DNA of 64,000 nucleotides from an uncultured Planctomycetia bacterium (GCA_964536865.1 CAZHYN010000003.1:9822-73821), one strand, 5' to 3'; shown: positions 21,645 to 29,996, counted from the first letter of the stretch. Notes: generated by a model not told the origin, from the sequence alone. Translations and numbers: made by a program.

Positions 21645-22244
21645 CTACTTACCTCTCACCATAGGTACGAATCGCACAGGAGCGATGTTTTTTATTTGCA
21701 ATCCTTCTTTATCTTTTATTATTAATTTTAGATATTGAAAATGTTTCCCCATAGGAATAACCATTCTACCTCCTACCTTCAGCTGTTGAACGAGTTTAGA
21801 AGGAATAGAGGAAGGAGCACAGGTCACTATAATAGCATCAAAAGGGGCAAACTCATCCCATCCTAAGAATCCATCTCCACACTTTACTTTAATATTCTGA
21901 TATCCTAATTCTCTTAATCTCTTCTCGGCATTGAGAGCTAAAGGTTCTAAAATTTCGATAGTATAAATTTCCTTAGCTAACTCTGCTAAAACAGCGGTCT
22001 GGTAACCGCTACCTGTACCAATCTCCAACACTCTCTCATCTCCTTCCAACTGAAGAAGTTCGGTCATCAAGGCAACAATATAGGGTTGAGAAATAGTTTG
22101 ATTATAACCAATAGGTAAAGGACTATCAAAGTATGCTAAATTTTTAACTCCTGAAGGAACGAATCTATGACGAGGGACTTTAAGCATCGCTTCTATAACT
22201 CTCTTATCTTTTACTCCCCGAGCAATTATCTGCTCTTCTACCAT
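21645..22244 (-). CDS. pcm: protein-L-isoaspartate O-methyltransferase (copy 1)
   Basis: ...QTISQPYIVALMTELL...VLEIGTGSGYQTAVLA... Start placed at MVEEQ. The upstream extension in the ORF track runs into the structured repeat. Confidence 0.8.
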   Translation of the reverse strand: MVEEQIIARGVKDKRVIEAMLKVPRHRFVPSGVKNLAYFDSPLPIGYNQTISQPYIVALMTELLQLEGDERVLEIGTGSGYQTAVLAELAKEIYTIEILEPLALNAEKRLRELGYQNIKVKCGDGFLGWDEFAPFDAIIVTCAPSSIPSKLVQQLKVGGRMVIPMGKHFQYLKLIIKDKEGLQIKNIAPVRFVPMVRGK

Positions 22245-22310
22245 CCTCTTTCTCAGAGGGAAAAAACTATCTTGAGTATAACCAATGAGGGGAAAAGATA
22301 AAAGACTTAA

Positions 22311-22435
22311 GATTAGTAAACCCCGAACCACGCCTTTCCAGGCGTGGCTTTGGAGTATACCCTTCGGGTCTTTTGATATGCATTCATCCACGGCTTTACC
22401 TCGCCCTTTCAAGGAAAGGGCGAGGTGGCTTTCTG
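22311..22435 (-). repeat. GC-rich structured repeat element, copy A (candidate ncRNA/cis-RNA; in the 5' leader of pcm)
   Basis: About 125 nt, bounded by CCCCGAACCAC...GTGGTTCGGGG. Three internal hairpins, including a perfect 12-bp stem CCTCGCCCTTTC/GAAAGGGCGAGG. A second copy sits at 27998-28121 with compensatory changes. Confidence 0.6.
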
Positions 22436-22866
22436 TGGTTCGGGGTAAACTCTTCCTCACTGTCTTAAAACCTCGCTATTGAAATAACAAATACTTACTA
22501 GCCTAACTAATGTGATTTATTATATCATAAATTGTATACTTTTAATCTAAACTTACTGATACATAACAAAAAGTTAAATCTCTACTATAGTTATGGAAAG
22601 AATAAACTCAACAATAGTCTTTTTATGATATTTATTACATTCTTACTTAGAAATATAAAGAAAAGACTATCGATTAACTAGAAAGCACCTCGGAAGGTAA
22701 AACTGGTTACTAAAGCTCAAAACTTTCTATTTGTCTATTGAAAACATTCCTCTCTGTTATACGTAATAGAACAACTCACCATTTAGATTTAGAAAGAGTT
22801 TAGAGGATTAAATTCATAAAAATGACTATCCTTATATCTCTTCTATTATTGTAGGGGATATCTTAG

Positions 22867-23289
22867 CTATTTACCTAGAGCTTGCCTTAAATCCATGGCG
22901 TGTTCCTGCTCCATACCTAGTATATTTCGTAATTGTTGAGCAAGAATAAACTCTCCCAGTGCTTCCGCTTGCTCTATTCTTAGTTTGTATCTTCTTATCG
23001 CATCTTCCTCTCCTTCTAAATCCTGATTAAGCATTTCTATATTATCGTCTGAAGTGTATATTTTACCGATATCAACGGTAGGAACTCCTCCTAGAAAATC
23101 TATCTGTTCAGCTAAGACTACCGCATGTCGAATCTCCTCAGTAGCATGAATTTTTAATTCCTTAATAATATCACCATACTGGGCTCCCGACATAACCGCA
23201 GCATGTTGGATATACTGGATCGCTGCAGAATATTCTAACGATAAATCTGTGTTTAGTAACTCAATTAATTCTTTCTTAGTTATACCCAT
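22867..23289 (-). CDS. bacterioferritin-family (ferritin-like diiron) protein
   Basis: 140 aa. The LNTDLSLEYSAAIQYIQHA...EEIRHA...MLNQDLEGEEDAIRRY...EQEHAMDL pattern matches the Bfr diiron ligand spacing. Confidence 0.65.
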   Translation of the reverse strand: MGITKKELIELLNTDLSLEYSAAIQYIQHAAVMSGAQYGDIIKELKIHATEEIRHAVVLAEQIDFLGGVPTVDIGKIYTSDDNIEMLNQDLEGEEDAIRRYKLRIEQAEALGEFILAQQLRNILGMEQEHAMDLRQALGK

Positions 23290-23521
23290 TTTACCTCCTA
23301 GATAACTTAAGAATACTTACGAAATTTAAATATTGTATTCATAAATCTTTAAATCACTATCTAACATAACAAACCCCTTTGTCTCAAAAACCCCTTCTTA
23401 AAAAACTTTTGATACCAGAATATTTTAGAGAGGTCTATTATTGAGAGAAATATCTAGAAGATCCCCACCCATCCCACCAACATTGACAGATTCTTCTTTT
23501 TTTCTTTCTAAAGAAAAATTT

Positions 23522-23563
23522 TTTATTCATTATCTTTTATATTTTTATTCATTATCTTTTATA
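23522..23563. repeat. tandem duplication (2 x 20 bp, TTTATTCATTATCTTTTATA) copying the last codons and stop of trmO
   Basis: Units at 23522-23541 and 23544-23563. Unit 2 contains the KDNE* end of trmO; unit 1 repeats it downstream. Confidence 0.7.
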
Positions 23564-24072
23564 AATCTCCCATCGTCTTTTGTGTCCTTAAGTCTATGTA
23601 CTCTTCTCTCTAACCATCCTATCTTGTCTACTTTTCTTATATCAAATTCAGGCACATAAGGCTTTATATCTAAGAGGGGTGTGCCATCAACAATATCTAC
23701 ATCTCTAATATATAAAATATTTCTTCTAATCCTCAAGAGTCTTACCACAGAAATACCTATGGGATTCGGTCTTTTTGGAGCACGTGTAGCAAACACTCCA
23801 TGAAAGTTATTATCCATATAAGGTTTAACGAGCGAGGAGTATCCTCGAACTAAATGAAAATGAAAAACTAAAATTATGTGAGAAAAACCTTCAAGATCTT
23901 TTAATCCTTCTATATACTCTTTATTTACAACAATTCTCCCTTTAGTTTCTTCTGCAGACTTTGGTTGAATGGGAGTACCTTTAGAAGACTTAAAAGGCGT
24001 ATAGATTACACCAATTGGTTTATAAGATATACTTTTTAAATACATCCTTTTTAACTTCTCTTCTTTCTGCAC
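23545..24072 (-). CDS. trmO: tRNA (adenine37-N6)-methyltransferase TrmO/TsaA (YaeB) family
   Basis: GVIYTPF...PIQP...LEGFSHIILVFHFH...GVFATRAPKRPNPIGISVV...DGTPLLDIKPY. Confidence 0.75.
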   Translation of the reverse strand: MQKEEKLKRMYLKSISYKPIGVIYTPFKSSKGTPIQPKSAEETKGRIVVNKEYIEGLKDLEGFSHIILVFHFHLVRGYSSLVKPYMDNNFHGVFATRAPKRPNPIGISVVRLLRIRRNILYIRDVDIVDGTPLLDIKPYVPEFDIRKVDKIGWLERRVHRLKDTKDDGRFIKDNE

Positions 24073-24530
24073 CCTTTTACTCTACACTTCTTGTTGTGCT
24101 CACCTAATTAAATGTTAATAAATTATAAACCAACGTCAAGAATTTTCTATAGCTATATAATTATTTATAAAAGTCTCCTCAAGTAGATTTTTTCTTCAGT
24201 TTATATTCTTACTTAATTTAAACAAAACCTTAATCTTTTACTGGTATTTAAGAAAAAAAATTAGAAATTAGGGACGGGGTCTTGAGGTTTTGTTCTCTAA
24301 GGGATAAGCGCCGGATGAGGTACCTGAAACTTATAAATCCAATGTAACTTCGTTGTTTTTCTCATTTATCTCTTTAATTTGATTGTTGGGGTCTACTTTT
24401 ATCTTTAATTTGTATTTACCGGAACTTTGAGGCACCCATTTGAAACTCAATTTCCTCTTTTCAAACCCTTTTATATTCCATAAGGAAATACTCTTATACT
24501 CATGGTTATTAATAAAAATCTTAACTTGGG

Positions 24531-24562
24531 TTCGTCTAATTAAGTTAGACGAATTATTTTTT
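24531..24562 (+). terminator. rho-independent terminator on the plus strand inside an 800-bp ORF-free gap
   Basis: Perfect 9-bp stem TTCGTCTAA/TTAGACGAA with a TTAAG loop, followed by TTATTTTTT. Confidence 0.55.
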
Positions 24563-24888
24563 ATAATAAATGAGATAAATTTTATTATAAATCACTCAGG
24601 AAGATCGTTTAGAATATTGCCTTCTTCGTTTTTTCTTTTATCTTATTATCTAGATTAGGAAATCTTGAAAATTATTATAGATTTTCTTAAAGGATCTTCT
24701 AAAGCTTACCCCGAATTAAACTCTACTTTACTTTGGAGTTAATGGATCAAAGATTCTTTTTTCTATTGGAACTTATAACTTGGGAACAAAAAATCTTTAC
24801 TTTTTCATTATTGATATTTAAAAGGAGATGGCCTCACATTCATCATAGTTTAAAAGAACTCTTCGTATGTGCTTGATTTATAAAAAGT

Positions 24889-26463
24889 TCAGGAAGTCAA
24901 TAATTGCTTTGCTTTCTGTAACTTCTCAAAGAAAAATTCCTTATATAGCTGTACAGTCCAAGATCTTACAATTCTTTGGCCAATGATACGAAAGACATAA
25001 TTACGAGATCTTCGACACCATTTCTTCCATCCTACTCTGATCCTGTTAAAATAGAAAGGTAAACTAATAATAGAAATCAAATTCAACAAAAATATGAATA
25101 AGTATCTTATATGATAAAAATGTCCCATAATTTTTCGTATGGCAGACTGCATCCCTTCAGGAGTAAGAGGATAATCTGGTTTAAAGAGAGGAAAAGTGCC
25201 ATCATAGTATTCCCAGCCCAATACAGAGCGAGGATATACTCGGCTGTTAGAGAGGAGTCTTGCTCTTAACTCCGTACCAGGTAGGGGGATAGGCAAGAGT
25301 ACCTGGATGGTATCAATCTTTGCTTTTTTTATAAAATTCCTGAAATATTTTATTCTTTCTTCAACCCTCATTCTAAAATTAAGTTTCTCTTTTGTGGGAT
25401 AACCAAAAATAAACATACCATGTATGAAGAATCCAAATCTGTGAAAAACCCTAGTCAATTCTAACATATCTCTGGATCTTAAAGACTTATTCATAGCTTT
25501 AAGCTCTTCATCTATTGGGGACTCAAAACCAATACTTACAACCTTGATATTAGCTTGCCTCATTGCCGTGAGTAACTCTTCATCCTTAGCTTTATCTAAG
25601 CGGATTTGAACTGTAAATCTCAAAGCCACACCCCTTGATGTTTGATATTCTGCTAACATTTTACATAGTTTTAAAGTTTCGTCGCGGTCCTGACCAAATA
25701 GGTCATCGATAATAAAGAATTCTCTTGCACCCATTGTCTTTACAAGCTTATCAACCTGCCTAATTAGTTTTTGGCTGGATGCATAGCGAGGCTTACCTTT
25801 AACTGTACAAAACTCACAATTCATTTTACATCCTCGAACTCTTCCCACGGGAAACAGTTTTATCCTAGCGTATTTAAGAAGAGAGAAATCAGGAAGAGGA
25901 AGGTCATCAAGATTTTGGATAGGAATCCGTTGAGTGGTATAAATTATTTTGTCCTCCTTCCTAAAAGCAATGCCAGGTATCGAAGACAAATCACCTCCTT
26001 CAGAAAAAGCACAAAGGAGTTCTCTTATACTCATCTCTCCCTCTCCTCGGACGATACAATCTATACCTGAAAATAAAGCCTCGGGTATTGTTTCATCCAC
26101 AAAGTGTTGACCACCAGCAATAGTTATTACTCCTCTCTGTTTATAAAATTTAGTCAATTCATAGATTCGAGGTAAAGAACAGGTTAATCCTCCATAGAAC
26201 CCTACCACGTCCGCTGGTTTCTGCTTCTGAAGTAATTCATGGTTTATGTTACCTGAAAAATTTCTTAGATGGGGATTACGAAAATTATTTTCATCGATAA
26301 CCTCTACATCCCATCCTTTGACTTCCTGTGCAGAAACAGCAATGTAGAGAGGTCCCAAAGTAGTTGTTTTGTTAGTAACAAAAGAATATACATTAAATCT
26401 AGAATAAGCCGGGATGATTATACGTAACAAATATTTTTTCTTGGACTCTAATGTATATTTCAT
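24889..26463 (-). CDS. B12-binding domain radical SAM protein
   Basis: 524 aa. An N-terminal cobalamin-binding-like domain is followed by a CKMNCEFC (Cx3Cx2C) radical SAM core. Confidence 0.7.
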   Translation of the reverse strand: MKYTLESKKKYLLRIIIPAYSRFNVYSFVTNKTTTLGPLYIAVSAQEVKGWDVEVIDENNFRNPHLRNFSGNINHELLQKQKPADVVGFYGGLTCSLPRIYELTKFYKQRGVITIAGGQHFVDETIPEALFSGIDCIVRGEGEMSIRELLCAFSEGGDLSSIPGIAFRKEDKIIYTTQRIPIQNLDDLPLPDFSLLKYARIKLFPVGRVRGCKMNCEFCTVKGKPRYASSQKLIRQVDKLVKTMGAREFFIIDDLFGQDRDETLKLCKMLAEYQTSRGVALRFTVQIRLDKAKDEELLTAMRQANIKVVSIGFESPIDEELKAMNKSLRSRDMLELTRVFHRFGFFIHGMFIFGYPTKEKLNFRMRVEERIKYFRNFIKKAKIDTIQVLLPIPLPGTELRARLLSNSRVYPRSVLGWEYYDGTFPLFKPDYPLTPEGMQSAIRKIMGHFYHIRYLFIFLLNLISIISLPFYFNRIRVGWKKWCRRSRNYVFRIIGQRIVRSWTVQLYKEFFFEKLQKAKQLLTS

Positions 26464-27004
26464 GTTATCTTAACACTTAAACAGTAGCTTAATCCTAAAA
26501 TCTCTAAAGCAATCATTGTGATTATCCAGACTATTTTTAAATAAAATAAATTTGTTACTATTAAGCTGGAATTTGATTTAGAGCTCCCTCTACTTAGAAG
26601 GTTAGTTACTCCTATCCAAGAACATAGATTCACAAGGTTTGACTTAATTGATTTCTTCGTTATAAATCTCCTATAATGACTAAGGTTACCATAAACCTCA
26701 TTACAAATAGGGAATACCTAAAGATTAGGTATTATATATAGAAGCAATTTTAAAGATGGATGGACTAACTACTTCAAATATAAAGAGTTGTAGTTGATAT
26801 CCCTATTTATCGCCACCCTAAAATGAACTTCTTATATTAACTTTAAGGCTAAATTATTCCTACACTATACACCCTAATACTTTTCAGTACTATTGTCAAG
26901 ATAAAAATGTTTGGAGTATGTGTCAAGTATTTGGGGGTAGCTTTTTTAATGTTAGTTTGTCAAAAGGTTTAATGTAGACCTAACCCAGCCTGTCTATCAT
27001 TCAT

Positions 27005-27154
27005 CGTCTTTTAACGTTTTCACGTTCATACGTTTATACGTTCCCACGTTCATACGTTTACACATTTTTACGTTCTCACGTTTACACGTTCCCATGTTTA
27101 TACGTTCTCACGTTTACACGTTTATACGTTTTAACGTTTATACGTTTTAACGCC
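27005..27154. repeat. tandem array of about 19 x 8-bp units (ACGTTYWY core)
   Basis: ...TAACGTTT TCACGTTC ATACGTTT ATACGTTC CCACGTTC ATACGTTT ACACATTT TTACGTTC TCACGTTT ACACGTTC CCATGTTT ATACGTTC TCACGTTT ACACGTTT ATACGTTT TAACGTTT ATACGTTT TAACG... Strict 8-bp periodicity; no reading frame. Confidence 0.85.
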
Positions 27155-27997
27155 TTTGACATATTATTTTAAAAACATTTTCCCAAGTTAAAGGGCATCC
27201 AGAAAAAATATAACAAAATTTATTGCGATAGCAATTAAAATTGTTAACATTTGATTCCTAAGCTAAAGGTTTATTTATTAAAGGTTTGTTCCTTCTCTCC
27301 GGCTAAAATCCTTAATCTTATGCAACATTTCAGTTTCAAACAAAAATGTTGCACATCATTTTTATTTCCAGTGAATCCCTTTTACAAATTTCCCATTATT
27401 CACAAAAAAGAAAAACTACTACTATTCTTCCCTTCCTACTACCTCACTAAATTTTACACTAACCAACAAAATTTCTGAAGATGCAGTTCGTTAGGTAAAT
27501 TTTATGATATTCCAAATTCTTCAGCTCAACCTCGCAGGTTAATTTGGTTGTTTCCACTCCTGGGGTGGAAATTGCAAATTTTTATCTCTGCCATAAAAGC
27601 TTCAGATAATTTGTAAAACAGAATTATAGTTAAATACATTTATCTTTTTGCTATTGCAATGTAAAGACGATAGAGACCTCCGTTGTTAAAGAAGATACCT
27701 TCATTTCTTCAGGTATAGGTGGAAAAGGTTGGGCTCTTTTTATTGTAGAGATTGCTTCTTTATTTAAGATATTAAAACTTGATGACTTTATAATTTTGAT
27801 ATCTCTGGCAAAACCTGTAGATAAATATGAATACCTACTGCTAAAATATGTGCTACAGGACTTCTTGATTCTTTACATAACTTTTCTGCTTCCTCTAATT
27901 TGCTTTCCAGCAATAATTTCTTTACCTGAGCAGTTAGATTACCTACATTGGTCTTTATCCTGTAAAAGTGCCACAGTTTTCCTAAAACAATAACAAA

Positions 27998-28121
27998 CCC
28001 CGAACCACAGGTTTATACCCGTGGCTTTGGGATGCCTCCTTCAGGTCTTTGATATACATTCATCCCCGACTTTACCCCGCCCTTTCAAGGAAAGGGCGGG
28101 GTGGCTTTCTGCGGTTCGGGG
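27998..28121 (-). repeat. GC-rich structured repeat element, copy B
   Basis: Co-linear with copy A over about 124 nt. Base-pair covariation is seen in three hairpins. Remaining mismatches become G-U wobbles only when the element is read on the minus strand. Confidence 0.6.
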
Positions 28122-28361
28122 TAAAAGCTATTACTGAACATAACAAAATCGGCTAAATTAAAAGGCCACCTTTTAAGAAGAATTTGAGCATAAAAACCTT
28201 TTTTCTCCGGTTATCTATTTAACAACGGCTGGAGGGTTATTTTTTATAAATGATTGCCTCTTTACCTAAAACTTCATTGATGCCTCACCAAAAAAGTATT
28301 AAGGTATTATCTCCATTTTCTTTGATACTCTTCTTAAAAAATGAGGCAAATTAAACTTCTT

Positions 28362-29378
28362 CTAAAATGTCCACATCCCTCCACATTTAATCACAAAATC
28401 CTCCTTCCAACCTTTCTTAGCCTTATAGTCCCAATCAATTCCTACAAATACTTTTTTATGATGTCCAGCCTCTCCTCTTAATGGAGAATATACAAATTTT
28501 AAAGCCAAAGCATGCCTATAACGTTCAATATGTGATTTATATTGAGGGTTACCCGGAGCTGTTACTCTTATCTTTTCTTCAAATTCATTAGGTTTAATTT
28601 GTATCCATCCTATAGGACCACCTACTAAGGTAAATTTTTTATCAGGAAAAGGGGAATATTCTACAAAGAACTTATAGCCAATTATATCTCCAACTTCCTC
28701 ATCAGATTTACCCCAACCACTCACATCTCTTCTTTCTCCTATCAAATCATAAAAAATATGGTTACAAAGTTCAACTTTATCAGTAAGCTCTTCGGTAGAT
28801 AATAAAGCTATTCTTAACACATTAGCTCCTCTGCTCTCATTTCCTAACTCATTTTTTAATCCTTCTTTTTCAGTAACATCAAATTTATAACCTAACCCAA
28901 TTGCTGCATCTATATTTTTGAAAATTCCTATAGTCTGTTTATCTATAAATTTATATTTTCCTGAAATCCAAATTTCGGTTAAACCATTATCTTTTTTAGT
29001 GCACCATTTACCTGAACCCGGCCTTTTACCTCCTTTGCAATTTAGCTGGTGAGTCTCATACTTTCTATCTATCCATTCATAAGTAAAGAGAAGCCCTACA
29101 TCAAACTTATCAGTTAAACCATATCCTAAACGAAGGTCTATCTTATCTCTTTTAGAATTCCAGCCCGAAGGCAAATCTTCTATTTTTCCTGTAGCAGGAG
29201 ACCAGTACTTTTTATGTTCAATATGCCTGTAAAGCACTTTTGGCCAGAATTCTCCTTTCTTTAATCCATGGGGGCAACCGGTTACTCTTTCTGCAATTGC
29301 GTTCTCTGAAAACAAAAAGGAAATTACAATTGTTACCACCCCAAACAAAAATACCGAGTTTCTAAACAGATATCTCAT
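28362..29378 (-). CDS. putative outer-membrane beta-barrel protein
   Basis: Signal peptide (MRYLFRNSVFLFGVVTIVISFLFSENAIA), an alternating amphipathic pattern, and a C-terminal ...GGMWTF ending in Phe. Confidence 0.5.
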   Translation of the reverse strand: MRYLFRNSVFLFGVVTIVISFLFSENAIAERVTGCPHGLKKGEFWPKVLYRHIEHKKYWSPATGKIEDLPSGWNSKRDKIDLRLGYGLTDKFDVGLLFTYEWIDRKYETHQLNCKGGKRPGSGKWCTKKDNGLTEIWISGKYKFIDKQTIGIFKNIDAAIGLGYKFDVTEKEGLKNELGNESRGANVLRIALLSTEELTDKVELCNHIFYDLIGERRDVSGWGKSDEEVGDIIGYKFFVEYSPFPDKKFTLVGGPIGWIQIKPNEFEEKIRVTAPGNPQYKSHIERYRHALALKFVYSPLRGEAGHHKKVFVGIDWDYKAKKGWKEDFVIKCGGMWTF

Positions 29379-29491
29379 CCTGAACCTCCTTTCAATAAAA
29401 ATTCTAATTTAGGGAACAAAGTGAATGTATTTACCTTCATCTACACTCCATAAATTGGGAGGTCCCCGACCATAGATAACTCTACAATTAT

Positions 29492-29677
29492 TCATTTCTC
29501 TATCTGCCTTGCTTTTTTCCGTAACCTCTTCAGGCTCAAAATAACCTTTTTAAGGGAATTTGAACAGTCATACTCTTGAGGAAAACAAAGCCTGCTTTTA
29601 TCTTTTAAACCCTCTACTATTAAATTTAATTTCCTGACTTCTCCTTCCAACAATCGGGCAAAGGTAACTCTACTCAT
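29492..29677 (-). CDS. hypothetical small protein (61 aa), translationally coupled to the upstream small ORF
   Basis: Its start overlaps the stop of ORF 29670..29870 (ATGAGTAG). Basic C-terminus. Confidence 0.3.
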   Translation of the reverse strand: MSRVTFARLLEGEVRKLNLIVEGLKDKSRLCFPQEYDCSNSLKKVILSLKRLRKKARQIEK

Positions 29678-29870
29678 CTTTATAAAAATCTTCTTTAATT
29701 AAATCTTTTAAATTTATATCCATAAGTTTTGAACTTGCCTCTTTAATCATCAAACTAAATTCTTCAAAAGCTTCTTCTGTAAAGTGTAAAGTTATGCCTT
29801 TAACACGAACGTGAATTATTCCATGGGGACACTTAAAAATACTTCCCATCCTGTTTTTAGCAAGTTCCAT
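29670..29870 (-). CDS. hypothetical small protein (66 aa) with an iron box in its promoter
   Basis: The ORF lies 91 bp downstream of a DtxR/IdeR-type box at 29961-29979. No family recognized. Confidence 0.35.
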   Translation of the reverse strand: MELAKNRMGSIFKCPHGIIHVRVKGITLHFTEEAFEEFSLMIKEASSKLMDINLKDLIKEDFYKDE

Positions 29871-29960
29871 ATATTCTCCTCCTTTTAAGGTATCTCAAAG
29901 GTTAAAGTGGCTGTGTAACTTAATTTATTACATTTATCTTTTAAATTATCTAAATTATCT

Positions 29961-29979
29961 TTTTGTTAGGCTCACCTAA
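29961..29979. promoter_or_regulatory. DtxR/IdeR-type iron box (16/19 to TTAGGTTAGGCTAACCTAA)
   Basis: TTTTGTTAGGCTCACCTAA, with palindromic core GTTAGG-CTCA-CCTAAC. Located between the feoB stop and the small ORF pair. Confidence 0.55.
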
Positions 29980-29996
29980 CATTTTCTTTAAAAAAA

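Noticed and set aside
22285-22482. 65-aa plus ORF, and the long N-terminal extension of the pcm track ORF (to 22460)
   Set aside because: Both run through the GC-rich structured repeat. Their apparent coding potential comes from the repeat's composition. pcm starts at MVEEQ (22244).
24089-24107. Third iron box upstream of trmO
   Set aside because: Only 13/19 to the consensus, essentially one half-site. Mentioned in a finding but not listed as a feature.
24260-24340. tRNA / tmRNA / SRP / RNase P identity for the GC-rich patch
   Set aside because: No GTTCRANYC T-loop, no CCA-adjacent acceptor pairing, no AGGAAAGUCC or SRP domain IV consensus by eye. Left as an unclassified sRNA candidate.
23441-24658. 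Small plus ORFs 23441..23659 and 24440..24658
   Set aside because: The first is antisense to the trmO end and bfr promoter. The second runs through a strong intrinsic terminator. Neither has a recognisable motif.
25771-26070. 99-aa plus ORF inside the B12-radical SAM gene
   Set aside because: Antisense shadow.
27005-27154. CRISPR array hypothesis for the tandem repeats
   Set aside because: The period is 8 bp with no spacers and no cas genes nearby. This is not a CRISPR array.
27551-27585. Hairpin TTTCCAC-N7-GTGGAAA followed by TTGCAAATTTTTAT as a terminator
   Set aside because: The stem is AT-rich and the U-tract is not contiguous with the stem. A weak call, so not listed as a feature.
27251-27993. 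ORFs 27251..27478 and 27796..27993 (and a minus-strand frame reading ...KKLLLESKLEEAEKLCKESRSPVAHILAVGIHIYLQVLPEISKL) in the ORF-free region
   Set aside because: No start/RBS context and no family signal. They may be remnants of a decayed gene but cannot be supported as CDS. Kept as part of the non-coding-region finding.
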